From: an uncultured virus (IMG/VR IMGVR_UViG_3300028797_000153)
Lineage: Duplodnaviria; Heunggongvirae; Uroviricota; Caudoviricetes
Direction: 5' to 3' (one strand)
Length of the DNA stretch: 64,000 nt
Virus record (IMG/VR): IMGVR_UViG_3300028797_000153
Position numbers and translations under genes: made by a program
Shown here: in pieces, positions 36,750-48,094 of the stretch
How the letters are laid out: every line of letters starts with the position of its first letter
How positions within the stretch are numbered: position 1 is the stretch's first letter
Notes under the pieces: model-generated
Seen by the model: the letters and a program-made list of their open reading frames with translations, nothing else
Told to the model about the DNA's origin: nothing
Databases searched by the model: none

Positions 36750-39700
36750 ATGAAAAAAGAATTACATACTTATTACTATATTACAGACCCACATAAATTA
36801 GAAGGTACTGTTGTAGCAGCTAATCAAGAAGAGGCATATGTATTAGCTGAATTAGATTGTGCTGAAAACGGCATTTATGTAGCTGATGAAATTATTACTC
36901 TTGAATTATTAGAAAATAAGCAAGAAGAATTAAAAGAAGAAGCACATGAAGAAATGCCTAATACTCTTTCAGCTATTTTAGACTATTTAAATAGCGATGA
37001 AGATGAAGCTATTGATGGCTATGAAAAAGCTATTGAAAAAATTGAAAATAAAACAGCAGAACTTAACAATGAACTTGATGCTTTAGAAGAATTAACAGAC
37101 ATTGATAATCCTAAAGATGAAGATTTAGATAGACTCGAAAATGTTGAAGCTGCTATTGATACACTTGAAAATATTGCTTCAGAGTTAGACCATATTGAAG
37201 TTGAAGAAGAAGAGCATAAAGCTGAATTAGAAGATGCTAAAGATGATGCTAGACTTGCTAGTATTGATGATTTGAAACTTGAAGAAGCATTAACAGAAGC
37301 TATGGCTGATTTAGTTGATGAGGAAATTGAATTTGACCTTGAAGGTGAAGCTCTTGAAGAAGCAAAACGTAATGTCAAACGTTATTATATTAGACCACAA
37401 AATATCTACTGCTCCAATAAAACAGAAATTATTAAAAACTTAATTAAACTTGCTGACCAAAACTGCTCTATTTATACTTTAAAAAATTTACCAGATAATA
37501 AAGATTTACACTTATTAACTAATAAAGATATTATTTATTACTATGATGATGGTATTCTTTATGATAAAAACCACGTTAAAGTAATGGATTATGATTTATA
37601 TATTAAGCATGAAGAAGAACGTAAAAAATTCCCAGGTGAAAATGGTGAAGGTGTTTCCGATACTACTTTTGCTGATGAATATGATGATAGAATTACTGAT
37701 GCTGATTTAGATATGGAAGAAGCATTAGAATTAGATGAAGATAAAATTTATGTTGGTAAAATTAAGCAAGAAATGGAATTACCATCAGAAATTCACTTAC
37801 TTTCACAAGATGAAGTTGAACAATTAATTGATTTACTTGAACCTGAAGAAGAATTTGAAGTCGGCTATGTTAGCCCATTATACTTCTATAAAGAATTATG
37901 GGATATCTTGCCAATTTTCAAATGTACTGAAATGTCTGGTTATACTGGTGTTGACTTTTCACAAAGTGAAGATAGCGTCCATACTGATGCAGCACAAAGA
38001 GTAAAAGATGCACAAGATCAAATTGCTTTGGCTAAAGAAACAGGCAAACAAGTGTATGTTGGAGCAGATGTTAATTACTCAAATCAAAATAAATTAGTTC
38101 ATCAATTTAAGAGAACTGATGCTATAGGTAGCAATGTAGTACAAAGTACAATTTTATTCTACCCAACATCAGAAGCTAAAGTTTGTTATTTCACAAAGCT
38201 TCCTGGCCAATCACAGTATCTTAAACTTACAGCTGAACAACTTGAAAAACATATCTATGATAATTTAGATAAGATTACAAGAAAATTCGATCTAGCAAAA
38301 GCTAAAACAAAAGTTTATGATACACTTTATGGTAAATCAGTACAAGATATTGATAGAGATACCCGTGGTGCTGCAGCATTAGACCCAAAATATATTTATA
38401 AATATGAAAGAGATAAACATTCAGTTAGAGCTCTTTATACAACACAACTCTATATGTTAAATATTTCAGGAGCTTCTAGACGTGGCCATTCACTTGTTGA
38501 GTGTTTAAAAGAAGATTTAGACTTAAATGAAAATACAACTACAGGCCTCCCAGATTGGACTGAACTTTCTGATAAAGAAGAAGAAAAAGCATTAAATCTT
38601 AAATGGGCTGCTAATTTAAACGGTGAAGTTAATGGTATTTCTGGCGTTAAAGGTGCTCATGTTGATGTTATGTTTAAGTCCGGAAGAAGCTATGTAAAAC
38701 GTTTTGGTGGTGAGCTTGTTAGAGTTGTCTATAATGATAAGTCTGAAAGATTAAATGCTAAAATTGCAAAAGATGGCGACTTAAGTAATATTAAAACATA
38801 TAAATTTGCTGGTTTCTTTGAGCCACAAAAATTCGAAAGCAAAACTAGTGGCGAAATAATTACCTACTATTTAGCTACAAAAGATCCAACATTAACATCA
38901 AGGCTTGAAACTTATATTGAAGATAAAAAAGATAAAAAAGCAAAAGCTAAAACTGCTGCTTATAAAGGCGCAAGAGCTGTTAGTAGCTTAACCCCTGAAG
39001 AAAAAGCTGAGGCACTTGACTGGTTTGCTAAAAATATAAAGAGTATGGATATCACATGCCCAATCGGAAGCCCAACTTATACTGAAGAAGAGGGTGTTGT
39101 TGATAGCAGTAACCCAAAAGTCAAGAAAATTACAGATAAATTTATTAAAATTAGTAAAGCTTTCCACAATGATTTTGATATTCCAGAAAGTGAACAAGAA
39201 GGCTACTTAGATGCAGCTCATAAGGTTCATTTTGGTGTTCGTGATGCTGAAAAAGTACATGAAAAAACATTAGAATATTATACTTTCTGGGGATTAACAT
39301 GTGAAATTGAATTTGCAACAAGCTTAAAAGATGCTAATGGTGTTGTTTTAGGCTTAATTGAACAAGCCAAGATTGATAGTATCAGAGCAAAGAATTCTGT
39401 CACTCCTTGGAAAGAAACAGATACAAGCATTAGTAGTATCTTCTTATGCTACTCCATTAAAGAATTAGTAAATGATGACTGGAATTTACTTTCAAAGCCT
39501 GGACAAGATCCAATTGCCCCAGAAGCAGCAAAAGTCATAGATAATACAGAAGAAAACCCATTTGACCAAGAATTTGAGGAAGTTAATGCTTATGGTGAGG
39601 CTTTAACTGAAGGCAAGGTTAAAGGTGGAGTTTGCTGCATTTGTGGTGAAGAAATTGAAGGCTATGGAAATAACCCAGAACCAATTAAGCATGATGGCAG

Positions 39701-39782
39701 ATGCTGTGATGCTTGTAACTTAAAATTTGTTATTCCTGCAAGATTAGAAGGTATTGAAGGCGAACAAGAAGAAGAAGAATAA
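36750..39782 (+). CDS. Large acidic protein with ferritin-like helices and C-terminal zinc finger
   Basis: DEDEAIDGYE ... EEEEHKAEL; CCICG ... CCDAC. Confidence 0.75.
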   Translation: MKKELHTYYYITDPHKLEGTVVAANQEEAYVLAELDCAENGIYVADEIITLELLENKQEELKEEAHEEMPNTLSAILDYLNSDEDEAIDGYEKAIEKIENKTAELNNELDALEELTDIDNPKDEDLDRLENVEAAIDTLENIASELDHIEVEEEEHKAELEDAKDDARLASIDDLKLEEALTEAMADLVDEEIEFDLEGEALEEAKRNVKRYYIRPQNIYCSNKTEIIKNLIKLADQNCSIYTLKNLPDNKDLHLLTNKDIIYYYDDGILYDKNHVKVMDYDLYIKHEEERKKFPGENGEGVSDTTFADEYDDRITDADLDMEEALELDEDKIYVGKIKQEMELPSEIHLLSQDEVEQLIDLLEPEEEFEVGYVSPLYFYKELWDILPIFKCTEMSGYTGVDFSQSEDSVHTDAAQRVKDAQDQIALAKETGKQVYVGADVNYSNQNKLVHQFKRTDAIGSNVVQSTILFYPTSEAKVCYFTKLPGQSQYLKLTAEQLEKHIYDNLDKITRKFDLAKAKTKVYDTLYGKSVQDIDRDTRGAAALDPKYIYKYERDKHSVRALYTTQLYMLNISGASRRGHSLVECLKEDLDLNENTTTGLPDWTELSDKEEEKALNLKWAANLNGEVNGISGVKGAHVDVMFKSGRSYVKRFGGELVRVVYNDKSERLNAKIAKDGDLSNIKTYKFAGFFEPQKFESKTSGEIITYYLATKDPTLTSRLETYIEDKKDKKAKAKTAAYKGARAVSSLTPEEKAEALDWFAKNIKSMDITCPIGSPTYTEEEGVVDSSNPKVKKITDKFIKISKAFHNDFDIPESEQEGYLDAAHKVHFGVRDAEKVHEKTLEYYTFWGLTCEIEFATSLKDANGVVLGLIEQAKIDSIRAKNSVTPWKETDTSISSIFLCYSIKELVNDDWNLLSKPGQDPIAPEAAKVIDNTEENPFDQEFEEVNAYGEALTEGKVKGGVCCICGEEIEGYGNNPEPIKHDGRCCDACNLKFVIPARLEGIEGEQEEEE

Positions 39783-39802
39783 AAGTAAAGGAAGTAAGTA
39801 AA

Positions 39803-41326
39803 ATGCATTATACTGATGAATTACTCGAATCAATTTTAGATGCTGAACCTACTACTTCAATAGTTACTGCATTAGATAAAACTACTCCATATATGTTAAG
39901 ATCTGATGGGGCTTTACTTGAATGTAGCACCATCCATCCATATATTAAAATGTTTTATAAAGATGACTTTGAAGTAAATTATAATAATCTTTTAGAGCAT
40001 CCACAATTTTTAGTATGGTTTTATAATAATACTTTACTTCCAGAAACTAAAGAAGCTATTGCTGAGTTAATTTATTTATCACCTGAGTTAAAAGATTTAA
40101 TTTCTGAATTAAATATATCAAATCCTAAGCATTTTGATGAAATTATAGCTGTTTTTGATAGATTAAATTACCTAACAAATCAAGAATTCTGTCGTGTAAG
40201 AACATCAAACTTTAAATATGCTTATGGTGGTGATAATGGTGAAATCTACTTTAGAATAAGCTCAACAGGATTTAATTGGTTTGATTTAATCTGAAAAATA
40301 GTGTTAAAATTTAAGTCAGCTATTAAATATGTTACTATAATGAGTGATTATGCAACATTTGGAAAACAATTTGACTATTATAGATATAAAAATATAGTAT
40401 TCAATAAACTTCCAATTGATGAATTCTTAACACTTCCTGGAAACCCAATACTTGAATGTATGTCAAAAGATACTATTGTTGAAACTATTATCAATGAAGC
40501 ACCTGAAAAACATGATACATTAAATCCTAAATTATTTGGTGAAGATGAAAAATTAAAACCAGAAGTCCACGCAAAATTATTAGAAATTGCTGATGATTTT
40601 ATGGACGGACTAACTGAAGATGATATTAAATTTGACTTAGAAGATATTGTTATTGTTGGCTCTAATTGCTCTTATAATTATAACTCTAAATCTGACCTTG
40701 ATATGCATCTTAGATTTAATACAGAAAGTTTAACATGCCCAGATAATTTATACCCACTTATCTATAGTGCTTATAGAAGTATCTGGAATAAAAATCATGA
40801 CCTTTCAATCTATGGCATCCCTGTTGAAATCTTTGTTGAAACAGACCAAGATGTTGATCAACAAGAGCTTATTGCTGCTGACGCTGAAAATGACTTACTA
40901 ACAGACAATGAAACGCCTCTTACTGAAGCTGCACCTGTTGGTAAATTGGTTTCAAATGGTATCTATTCAGTACTTCATAATGATTGAGTAAAGCATCCAG
41001 TAAAAGAAGATATCCCAGATATTGATATCGATATGTTTAATAGGATATATGATAAATGGGATGCTGCTTATGCTGAAATTGCAGAAAACCCAACCATTGA
41101 AGATATTGATGATTTCTTAACAGATTTATATGATTTAAGAAAACAAAGTATTGCCCGCGAAGGTGAATATGGTATTGGAAACTTAGTATTTAAAGAATTA
41201 AGAAACCGTGAATACCTTGATAATCTAAGAAATATTAAACGTGAACTTCGTGATAAAGAGCTATCCCTTGAAAGCTTAGACAAAAAAGAAATTACTGAAG
41301 ATTACGAAATTTGATTTCAGGACTAA
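39803..41326 (+). CDS. Pol-beta-family nucleotidyltransferase, 507 aa (3 TGA=Trp)
   Basis: GSNCSYNYNSKSDLDMH, PVEIFVE, GIYSVLHND-W-VKHP, GEYGIGNLVFKELR. Confidence 0.8.
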
Positions 41327-41419
41327 AAATTAATTATAAAAAGAAGGCAAAAACTAACTGCTTTCTTTTTTATTTTACTTCTGCATTTGCTAAATTATAT
41401 GATTATTGAGGCGAATGTA

Positions 41420-43252
41420 ATGACTAATGAATTAATGGAAAAAATAGTTAAAATTGGTTCAAAATGGCAAGTTCAGTCAGAAAATGGTAGAAATATGGGA
41501 ACATATGATACTAAGGCTGAAGCTGAAAAAAGGCTCCAACAAGTCCATTATTTTAAATATGCTAATGAAGAACTAAATGAAGCAGGTAAAAATATTAGGT
41601 CAACCTATAGTGATATTAAAAATATTACTAATAAATTTGATAGCACACACATTTCTAAAAATGATATTGTAATAAATCTACCTGATCCAGTTAAAGAACA
41701 GTATGTAGCTGAAATAAATGCTTTAATTGATAGTCAAGGCAGGCTATTAAATTATTTAGATGATACCACTGGTAAACAAATACATCATATTAATTTAAAA
41801 TCACTAGGTGGTGCAGTTAATGACCTTAATAACTTTATAGTAGTTTACCCAAAAGATCATCTAAATATACATCGTAATCTTAGTAAAAATTTACATGATT
41901 ATTTAGAAGCTCATCCGAAAGAAATAGCTAAATATAAAGATGCTGTAAGAGAAACAAGCAATGCTACATCAGTTTTAGCATTAAATGCAGAGGTACCACA
42001 AGAAGAATTTATTCGAGAATTTTATAATATGAGTAAATCTCAAAGTCAAAATAGGCTTCAAATACAACAAAGTTATTCAGAACGTAGATTAAATGCAAAT
42101 AATACTATTATTAATGATGCTAATGCTAGAGTATTAATTAATTTTATAAAAGATCAGGCTGGAAATATTTTACCAGATTATGATCATCCAGTAATTAAGT
42201 CTACTCGTCAAGCTGCTGCATTTTTATTAACAGATGAGCCAATTACAAAAAATATGGCACCAGAGTTAGTTAAAAAAATAGACAATAAAAGAGTAGATAT
42301 TAGAGACACTGCAAATAAAAATACTAGTTGAATACAATGAGGTTTTGCTCCTTTTAATGGGGCAGATGATTTTGAAGGCCAGGCATGACTAATTTTAAAT
42401 AAAAAAGATTTTGATAATCTTGCTATAACAACAGAATCCCTTTTAGAAGATACTCGTACTCAATTAATTAGTAAATCAAGAAGTGCAGGTCAATATAAAG
42501 ATCAAAGTCGTGGTAAAAATAGATTTGAAAGAAAGAAACATTCACATATAGCTAATCAAGTAAAAAGCTATAATCAAATTGATATGAATGACTTCTTCAA
42601 AAAAGATTTATTAGAAGTTAAAATTCCTGTTACTGGCGAAACAAATCAATATATTGTTACTATTAAATTAGATGGCATTTGTACAGAAATTCAAAAAAAT
42701 ATTAAAAATAATAAGAATAAATTAGAATATAGAACAATTATACAAGCAATTACGAAAGTGTTTAACACAAGTGATGTTTATGTCAAATGCACTTGTGCTG
42801 ATTTCCAATATCGCTTTAATCACTGGTCAATTGTAAATAATTATGGTGTTGATGATAGTGCTCATGACCCAGGACCAGGAAAAGGAATTGCTAATCCAAA
42901 TAATGATAAAGGTATTGGCTGTAAACATATCCTATTAGTATTAGCTAACTGCGATTGGATTATGAAAGTTGCGTCGGTCATTAACAACTATATTCACTAT
43001 GCTGAAGAGCATATGCAAAAACCATTCTTAAAAGTTATATTCCCGAAACTTTATGGAATTCAAGCTGAAGAAATGGTTGAACAAGATTTAATTGATGATG
43101 ATAAATACTTGGATTCTTCTGTTGGCCTAATTGATGCTATTAATGAGTATGGAAAAACTCGTGGTAGATATAAAGCTGGCACAAATAAAAACCCAGTTAC
43201 TGGAACAGGCGGTAGGACTAAAAAAGCTGCTGAAGAACCAGAAGAAGAATAA
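41420..43252 (+). CDS. HNH-like + SWIM zinc-finger protein, 610 aa (3 TGA=Trp)
   Basis: HHINLKSLGG..NNF..HLNIH; CTCADF ... GCKH; one open frame under code 4. Confidence 0.7.
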
Positions 43253-43295
43253 TTTATAAATTATTGTATAATATAAAAGGAGAGTGGACGAATAG

Positions 43296-45350
43296 ATGAT
43301 ATCTAACGTTGAAAATATATCTCAAGCATTAAATAACTTATCTGAAGAAGAAAAGCAGGCTGCTCTTGAAATTTTAAAAGAAATGGCTGCTCAAGGTAAA
43401 TCAGATCTTTTAGATAGTTTAAAATATAGCGATTTTGCTGAAATACCTGTTGGTATTGAAGAGTTTTTAGATAACGATTTATACTTAGGTAAGGGTATTT
43501 GAGAACGTGATGAAGTTACGGGTGAACGTAGATGCACCCTTTTTCCATATTGACGTGATACACTTAAAAAAGTATTTCCAGATAATTTAACAACCGCCTA
43601 CAATACATTGATATTGACAGGCTCAATTGGTTTAGGTAAAACTTTGTGTGCTGTTTTATGCATGCTTTATTTATTATACAGAATGTTATGCTTAAAAGAT
43701 CCATATTCTTATTATAGAATGATGCCTTCTGATAAGATTTCATTTTCAATGTTAAATATTACCTTAGATACAGCTCAAGGTGTTGGTTGGGATAAGCTAC
43801 AGCAGCTAGTTCAAAATTCACCATGATTTTTAGAGCATGGTGCTATGAATGCTAGCAGAACAAATCCTATGTGGCAACCAGATAAACATATTGAGCTTAT
43901 TTTTGGTTCTAGTAATAACCACGTCGTAGGCCGTGCACTATTCTGCAATTTTACAGATGAAGTTAACTTTGGTATCGGCGGCGATGTTGAAAAGAAAAAA
44001 GCAAAGCAAAAGAAACTTATTGCCCAAATCGATGCTCGTATGAAATCACGTTTTGGTAAAGGAACATATCTACCAACTCTAAATATTATTGCATCATCTA
44101 AAGATACAGAGCAAGCATTCTTAGATTCATATATTAATACTAAGAGGCAAAATGAAAGTAAAACGACTCTTATTATTGATGAACCACAATGGGTTGTTAG
44201 AAATGATAAAGGAACACCAAATGACCCTGGTTCATTCTGGGTTGCTGTTGGTGGTAAATTCTTAGCTCATGAGCTTCTTCCAGTTGGTGCTGATGAAGCA
44301 ATGGTTGATAGCTTCCGCGATAAGGGCTATCAAATGCTCAAAGTCCCACCTATATTCCGTGAAGATTTTGAAACAAACCTAGAACAAGCCTTAATGGATA
44401 TTGCTGGTTTATCAAGTGCTTCAAGTACAAAATATATTTCTGGTATAAGATTAAATCAGGCAAAAGTTGATACATATGTAAATCCATTTACAAAAGATAT
44501 AATTGAAGTTGGTAATAATCCTGATGATCACTATCAATATGCTAACTTCTTCGATTTATCTGCAGTAAGTGGTGATGACTTAGCAAAACCACTATTTATT
44601 CATCTTGATATGTCGTTATCAGGGGACAAAACTGGTATTGCTGGAGTCTGAATTACTGGAAAGCGACCAACACGTGAAGGTGAAGAAGCATCCAGGGAAT
44701 TACAATATAAACTAGCATTTTCTGTATCAGTTAAAGCACCTAAGGGTTTCCAAGTTAGCTTTGAAAAAAATAGAAACTTTATTAGATGATTACGTGATAG
44801 AGGATTTACTATTAAGGGTATTTCATCTGATACCTTCCAATCAGCACAAATTCAACAAGATTTAAAAAGTGATGGATTTGATACACAAATTATATCTGTT
44901 GACCGTGTTGACACTCAAAGTAAGATTTGTATACCATACCATTATTTACAGTCAGCTATTTATGAACGACGTATACAAATATATAAAAAATGTGATTTAT
45001 TAACAGATGAATTAATTGGCCTTGAGCGACTATCAAATGGTAAAATTGACCACACACCTGATGGAATTAACTCAAAGGACCAAGCTGACGCAGTGTGTGG
45101 TGCCCTATATCTGGCTAGTAAGTTTGCTGAAGAATACGCCTATGATTATGGTGAAAGCTTAGAAGCAACAGTAGATGCAAATACTGAACTTACTGAAGAA
45201 GATAGAAGAAAACAGATGATTGCAGATTGACAGACTGAATTGGCTAAAATATATATGGCCGAACAGAAAGCAATTGATGCAGAAACGGCTAAGAAAAAAG
45301 CCGATTATGAGTATTATAAGGACCTAAGTGATGGTATTATAATTATATAA
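43296..45350 (+). CDS. Terminase large subunit, 684 aa (6 TGA=Trp)
   Basis: TGSIGLGKT Walker A, FTDE Walker B, HLDMSLSGD and SKDQADA nuclease motifs. Confidence 0.9.
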
Positions 45351-45366
45351 AGAATAGGAGAATACT

Positions 45367-47307
45367 ATGGCAAATACAAAACCAAAAAATACCAAAAGTA
45401 AAAGCCCATTAGTTGGAAATCAAGCAAAACCAACAGTATTAGACTCTACAACAAAATTAGATATTGATACCAACAAAGTATTTATTGATAATATTATTGA
45501 TGCTGGTATTAATGGCGGTTTGAATTTAGGAGCATTAGAAAACTTTACCTCTATTTCAAATAACAGAGACCAAATTTATACGTTGATTGACACTATGGCA
45601 GCCGACTCTTCTGTTTCAGCTATTGTTAGAACTTATGCTGAAGAAGTTTGTGAAACCAGTGATAATGGCCATGTTGTCTGGTGTGAATCTCAAGATCCAA
45701 AAGTTAGTAAGTTTATTAATTACTTATTAAATGTTATGAATGTTGATAAAAATATTTATAACTGGACCTATAACTTAATTAAATATGGTGATGTTTATCT
45801 AAGATTATACCGTGAATCTGACTATGAAGATAAGCTTTTCAAAAAAGATAATATTGGTAAAGCTGATATGGGTAGAAAATTACATGAAGGTGCTGAAGAT
45901 GTAAATGAAAGTGTTACATTAAATATGCATACAGCAAATGACCCATATTCATACTATGTTGAAATGGTTCCAGATCCAAGCACAATGTTTGAATTAACTA
46001 AATATGGTAAAACATATGGCTACATTGAAACACCAAATGCAGACATTCAACAAAATTATCTTCAAACAATGCAAACAGAAACTCAAAACTATTTAAGTTA
46101 TAGAATGAAATCGTCTGATGTTAATGTTTATCAAGCTGATGATTTTGTACATGCTTGCTTAGAAGATAATGTTTCAAGATATCCAGAAACTGTAGAAATA
46201 TTTACAAACCAAGATGATTACACTAATTCTAAAAATGCATTAACATATAAAGTTAGACGTGGTAAATCACTTCTTTATGACTCATATAAAATCTGGCGTG
46301 AAAAACAATTACTTGAAAATGCTGCACTATTAAATAGAATTACAAGATCAAGTATTGTTAGAAATATTCAAGTTGAAGTTGGAAACATGCCAAAAGAGCA
46401 AGTCCAACTAACATTAAGAAGAATTAAAGAATTATTTGAACAAAAATCAAGTGTCAATGTTGGAAATGGCATGACAGAATATACTAACCCAGGTGCCATT
46501 GAAAATAATATCTTTACTGCTACACACAATGGTCAAGGTGCTATTACAGTAAATAGTGTCGGTGGTGATGTTGATGTTAAAAACCTTGCTGACTTAGACT
46601 GGTGGAATAATAAATTCTATTCATCTTATGGCATTCCAAAACAATACTTTGGCTGGACAGATGATAGCACAGGTTTCAATGGTGGCTCTTCATTAACAAT
46701 TTTATCAAGTGTATTTGCTAAAGGCGTTAAAAGAGTACAAAATGCTATTCTTCAAGCAATTACCGATAGTATTAATTTAATTTTAGTTAATAAAGGACTT
46801 AAAGCATACCTTAATAACTTTGTTCTTAAAATGCGTGCCCCATTAACTCAAGAAGAAGTTGACTATCGTTCAAATCTTACTGATAGAATTAATGCAATTA
46901 GTAACTTACAAAGCTTATTCACTGATGTTGAAGATAAAGTTAGAAGATTAGAAATCTTAAAATCTTTAGTTGCTACATTAAACTATGGTGATGATATTAT
47001 TGAAGAAATAGAAAAAGAAATTGAAGCTGCAAAGCAAGCTAAGAAAGAAAAAGCTGAAAAAGAGGCAGAAGAAGCTAAAGCTGCTGAAGCTGAAGCTGCT
47101 AGCGGTGAAGCAACAGAAACAACTGAAGAAGCACCTGCTGAAGAAAGCGATGAAGAGCTTGACTTAGGCATGGCTGAAATTGCTACAGAAGGCATTAAAG
47201 AAAAAACAGGTGAAATCTTATTAGAAGATACAATTGTTGAAAGTGATGATGACCTTCCAACTCCAGAAGAAGTTAATGAAAAAATTGACTTTTCTAAAAA
47301 TAAATAG
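45367..47307 (+). CDS. Portal protein (T4 gp20-like)
   Basis: Follows terminase; LIKYGD, LLENAALLNRITRS, VEVGNMP motifs. Confidence 0.88.
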   Translation: MANTKPKNTKSKSPLVGNQAKPTVLDSTTKLDIDTNKVFIDNIIDAGINGGLNLGALENFTSISNNRDQIYTLIDTMAADSSVSAIVRTYAEEVCETSDNGHVVWCESQDPKVSKFINYLLNVMNVDKNIYNWTYNLIKYGDVYLRLYRESDYEDKLFKKDNIGKADMGRKLHEGAEDVNESVTLNMHTANDPYSYYVEMVPDPSTMFELTKYGKTYGYIETPNADIQQNYLQTMQTETQNYLSYRMKSSDVNVYQADDFVHACLEDNVSRYPETVEIFTNQDDYTNSKNALTYKVRRGKSLLYDSYKIWREKQLLENAALLNRITRSSIVRNIQVEVGNMPKEQVQLTLRRIKELFEQKSSVNVGNGMTEYTNPGAIENNIFTATHNGQGAITVNSVGGDVDVKNLADLDWWNNKFYSSYGIPKQYFGWTDDSTGFNGGSSLTILSSVFAKGVKRVQNAILQAITDSINLILVNKGLKAYLNNFVLKMRAPLTQEEVDYRSNLTDRINAISNLQSLFTDVEDKVRRLEILKSLVATLNYGDDIIEEIEKEIEAAKQAKKEKAEKEAEEAKAAEAEAASGEATETTEEAPAEESDEELDLGMAEIATEGIKEKTGEILLEDTIVESDDDLPTPEEVNEKIDFSKNK

Positions 47308-47334
47308 TAGATAATTTGAAAGGAAATACTAATT

Positions 47335-47805
47335 ATGATTACAAAAAATGATTGTTTATCAATTTTAGTTAAATTAGAAGATCAAGGTGTTAATATTGAT
47401 TTGCCTATGCGTAAATTAGTTGTTAGCAAAGAAGTACCAATTGAAGTTTTAAAATTTATTTCAGAACATCGTGGTATTGAAGTAAGTAATTTCTATGAAA
47501 TGCTTAGAAAAAGGCATAATCAAAAGAAATCACCATTATATACTAATATTTTAAAAGAAATTTCAGATATGGATGACGTTATTACTACATTATCTTGCTT
47601 CTTAACTCAAATTATTCTATATAGTTCAAAACTTCAAGCACGTGATAGCTTCATTAAAGAGGTTAGAGCTGAAGAAGTTACAAGAGTTTTAAATACTTAT
47701 TTTAAAACTGGTGATGGCTCTGCCTGTATTGCACTTTTAAAACTAATTAAATCTGATTTATTGGTTTTAGAATATATAAGTGGTAGACGTGAACTAGCTG
47801 CTTAA
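47335..47805 (+). CDS. Hypothetical protein
   Basis: RBS; terminator 47829-47855. Confidence 0.75.
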   Translation: MITKNDCLSILVKLEDQGVNIDLPMRKLVVSKEVPIEVLKFISEHRGIEVSNFYEMLRKRHNQKKSPLYTNILKEISDMDDVITTLSCFLTQIILYSSKLQARDSFIKEVRAEEVTRVLNTYFKTGDGSACIALLKLIKSDLLVLEYISGRRELAA

Positions 47806-48094
47806 TATATAAAAACATTTAGAACATTAAAAGCCCAAAGTTAATTGGGCTTTTTATTTTTATACTACTTTTATTTTTATATGCTAAATTAATTGGTTTT
47901 TTGCAGTATATTGATTACTTGCAAATACTATTTATAAGCATTTTTAATAAATTATTAAATTATTAACGATGTTTATTCGCTAAATTAAAATGATTGGAGC
48001 ATTCCTCTAATCTAATTTATGATAACTTGCCTGGTAATGGTCGACCTGCTAGTTATCAGGTAAGTTTGTAAATTTGGAGATTGGAAAGATACGC

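Noticed and set aside
43296..45350. Terminase as a pseudogene or intron-split gene
   Set aside because: All fragments are in one frame separated only by TGA, with no inserted sequence.
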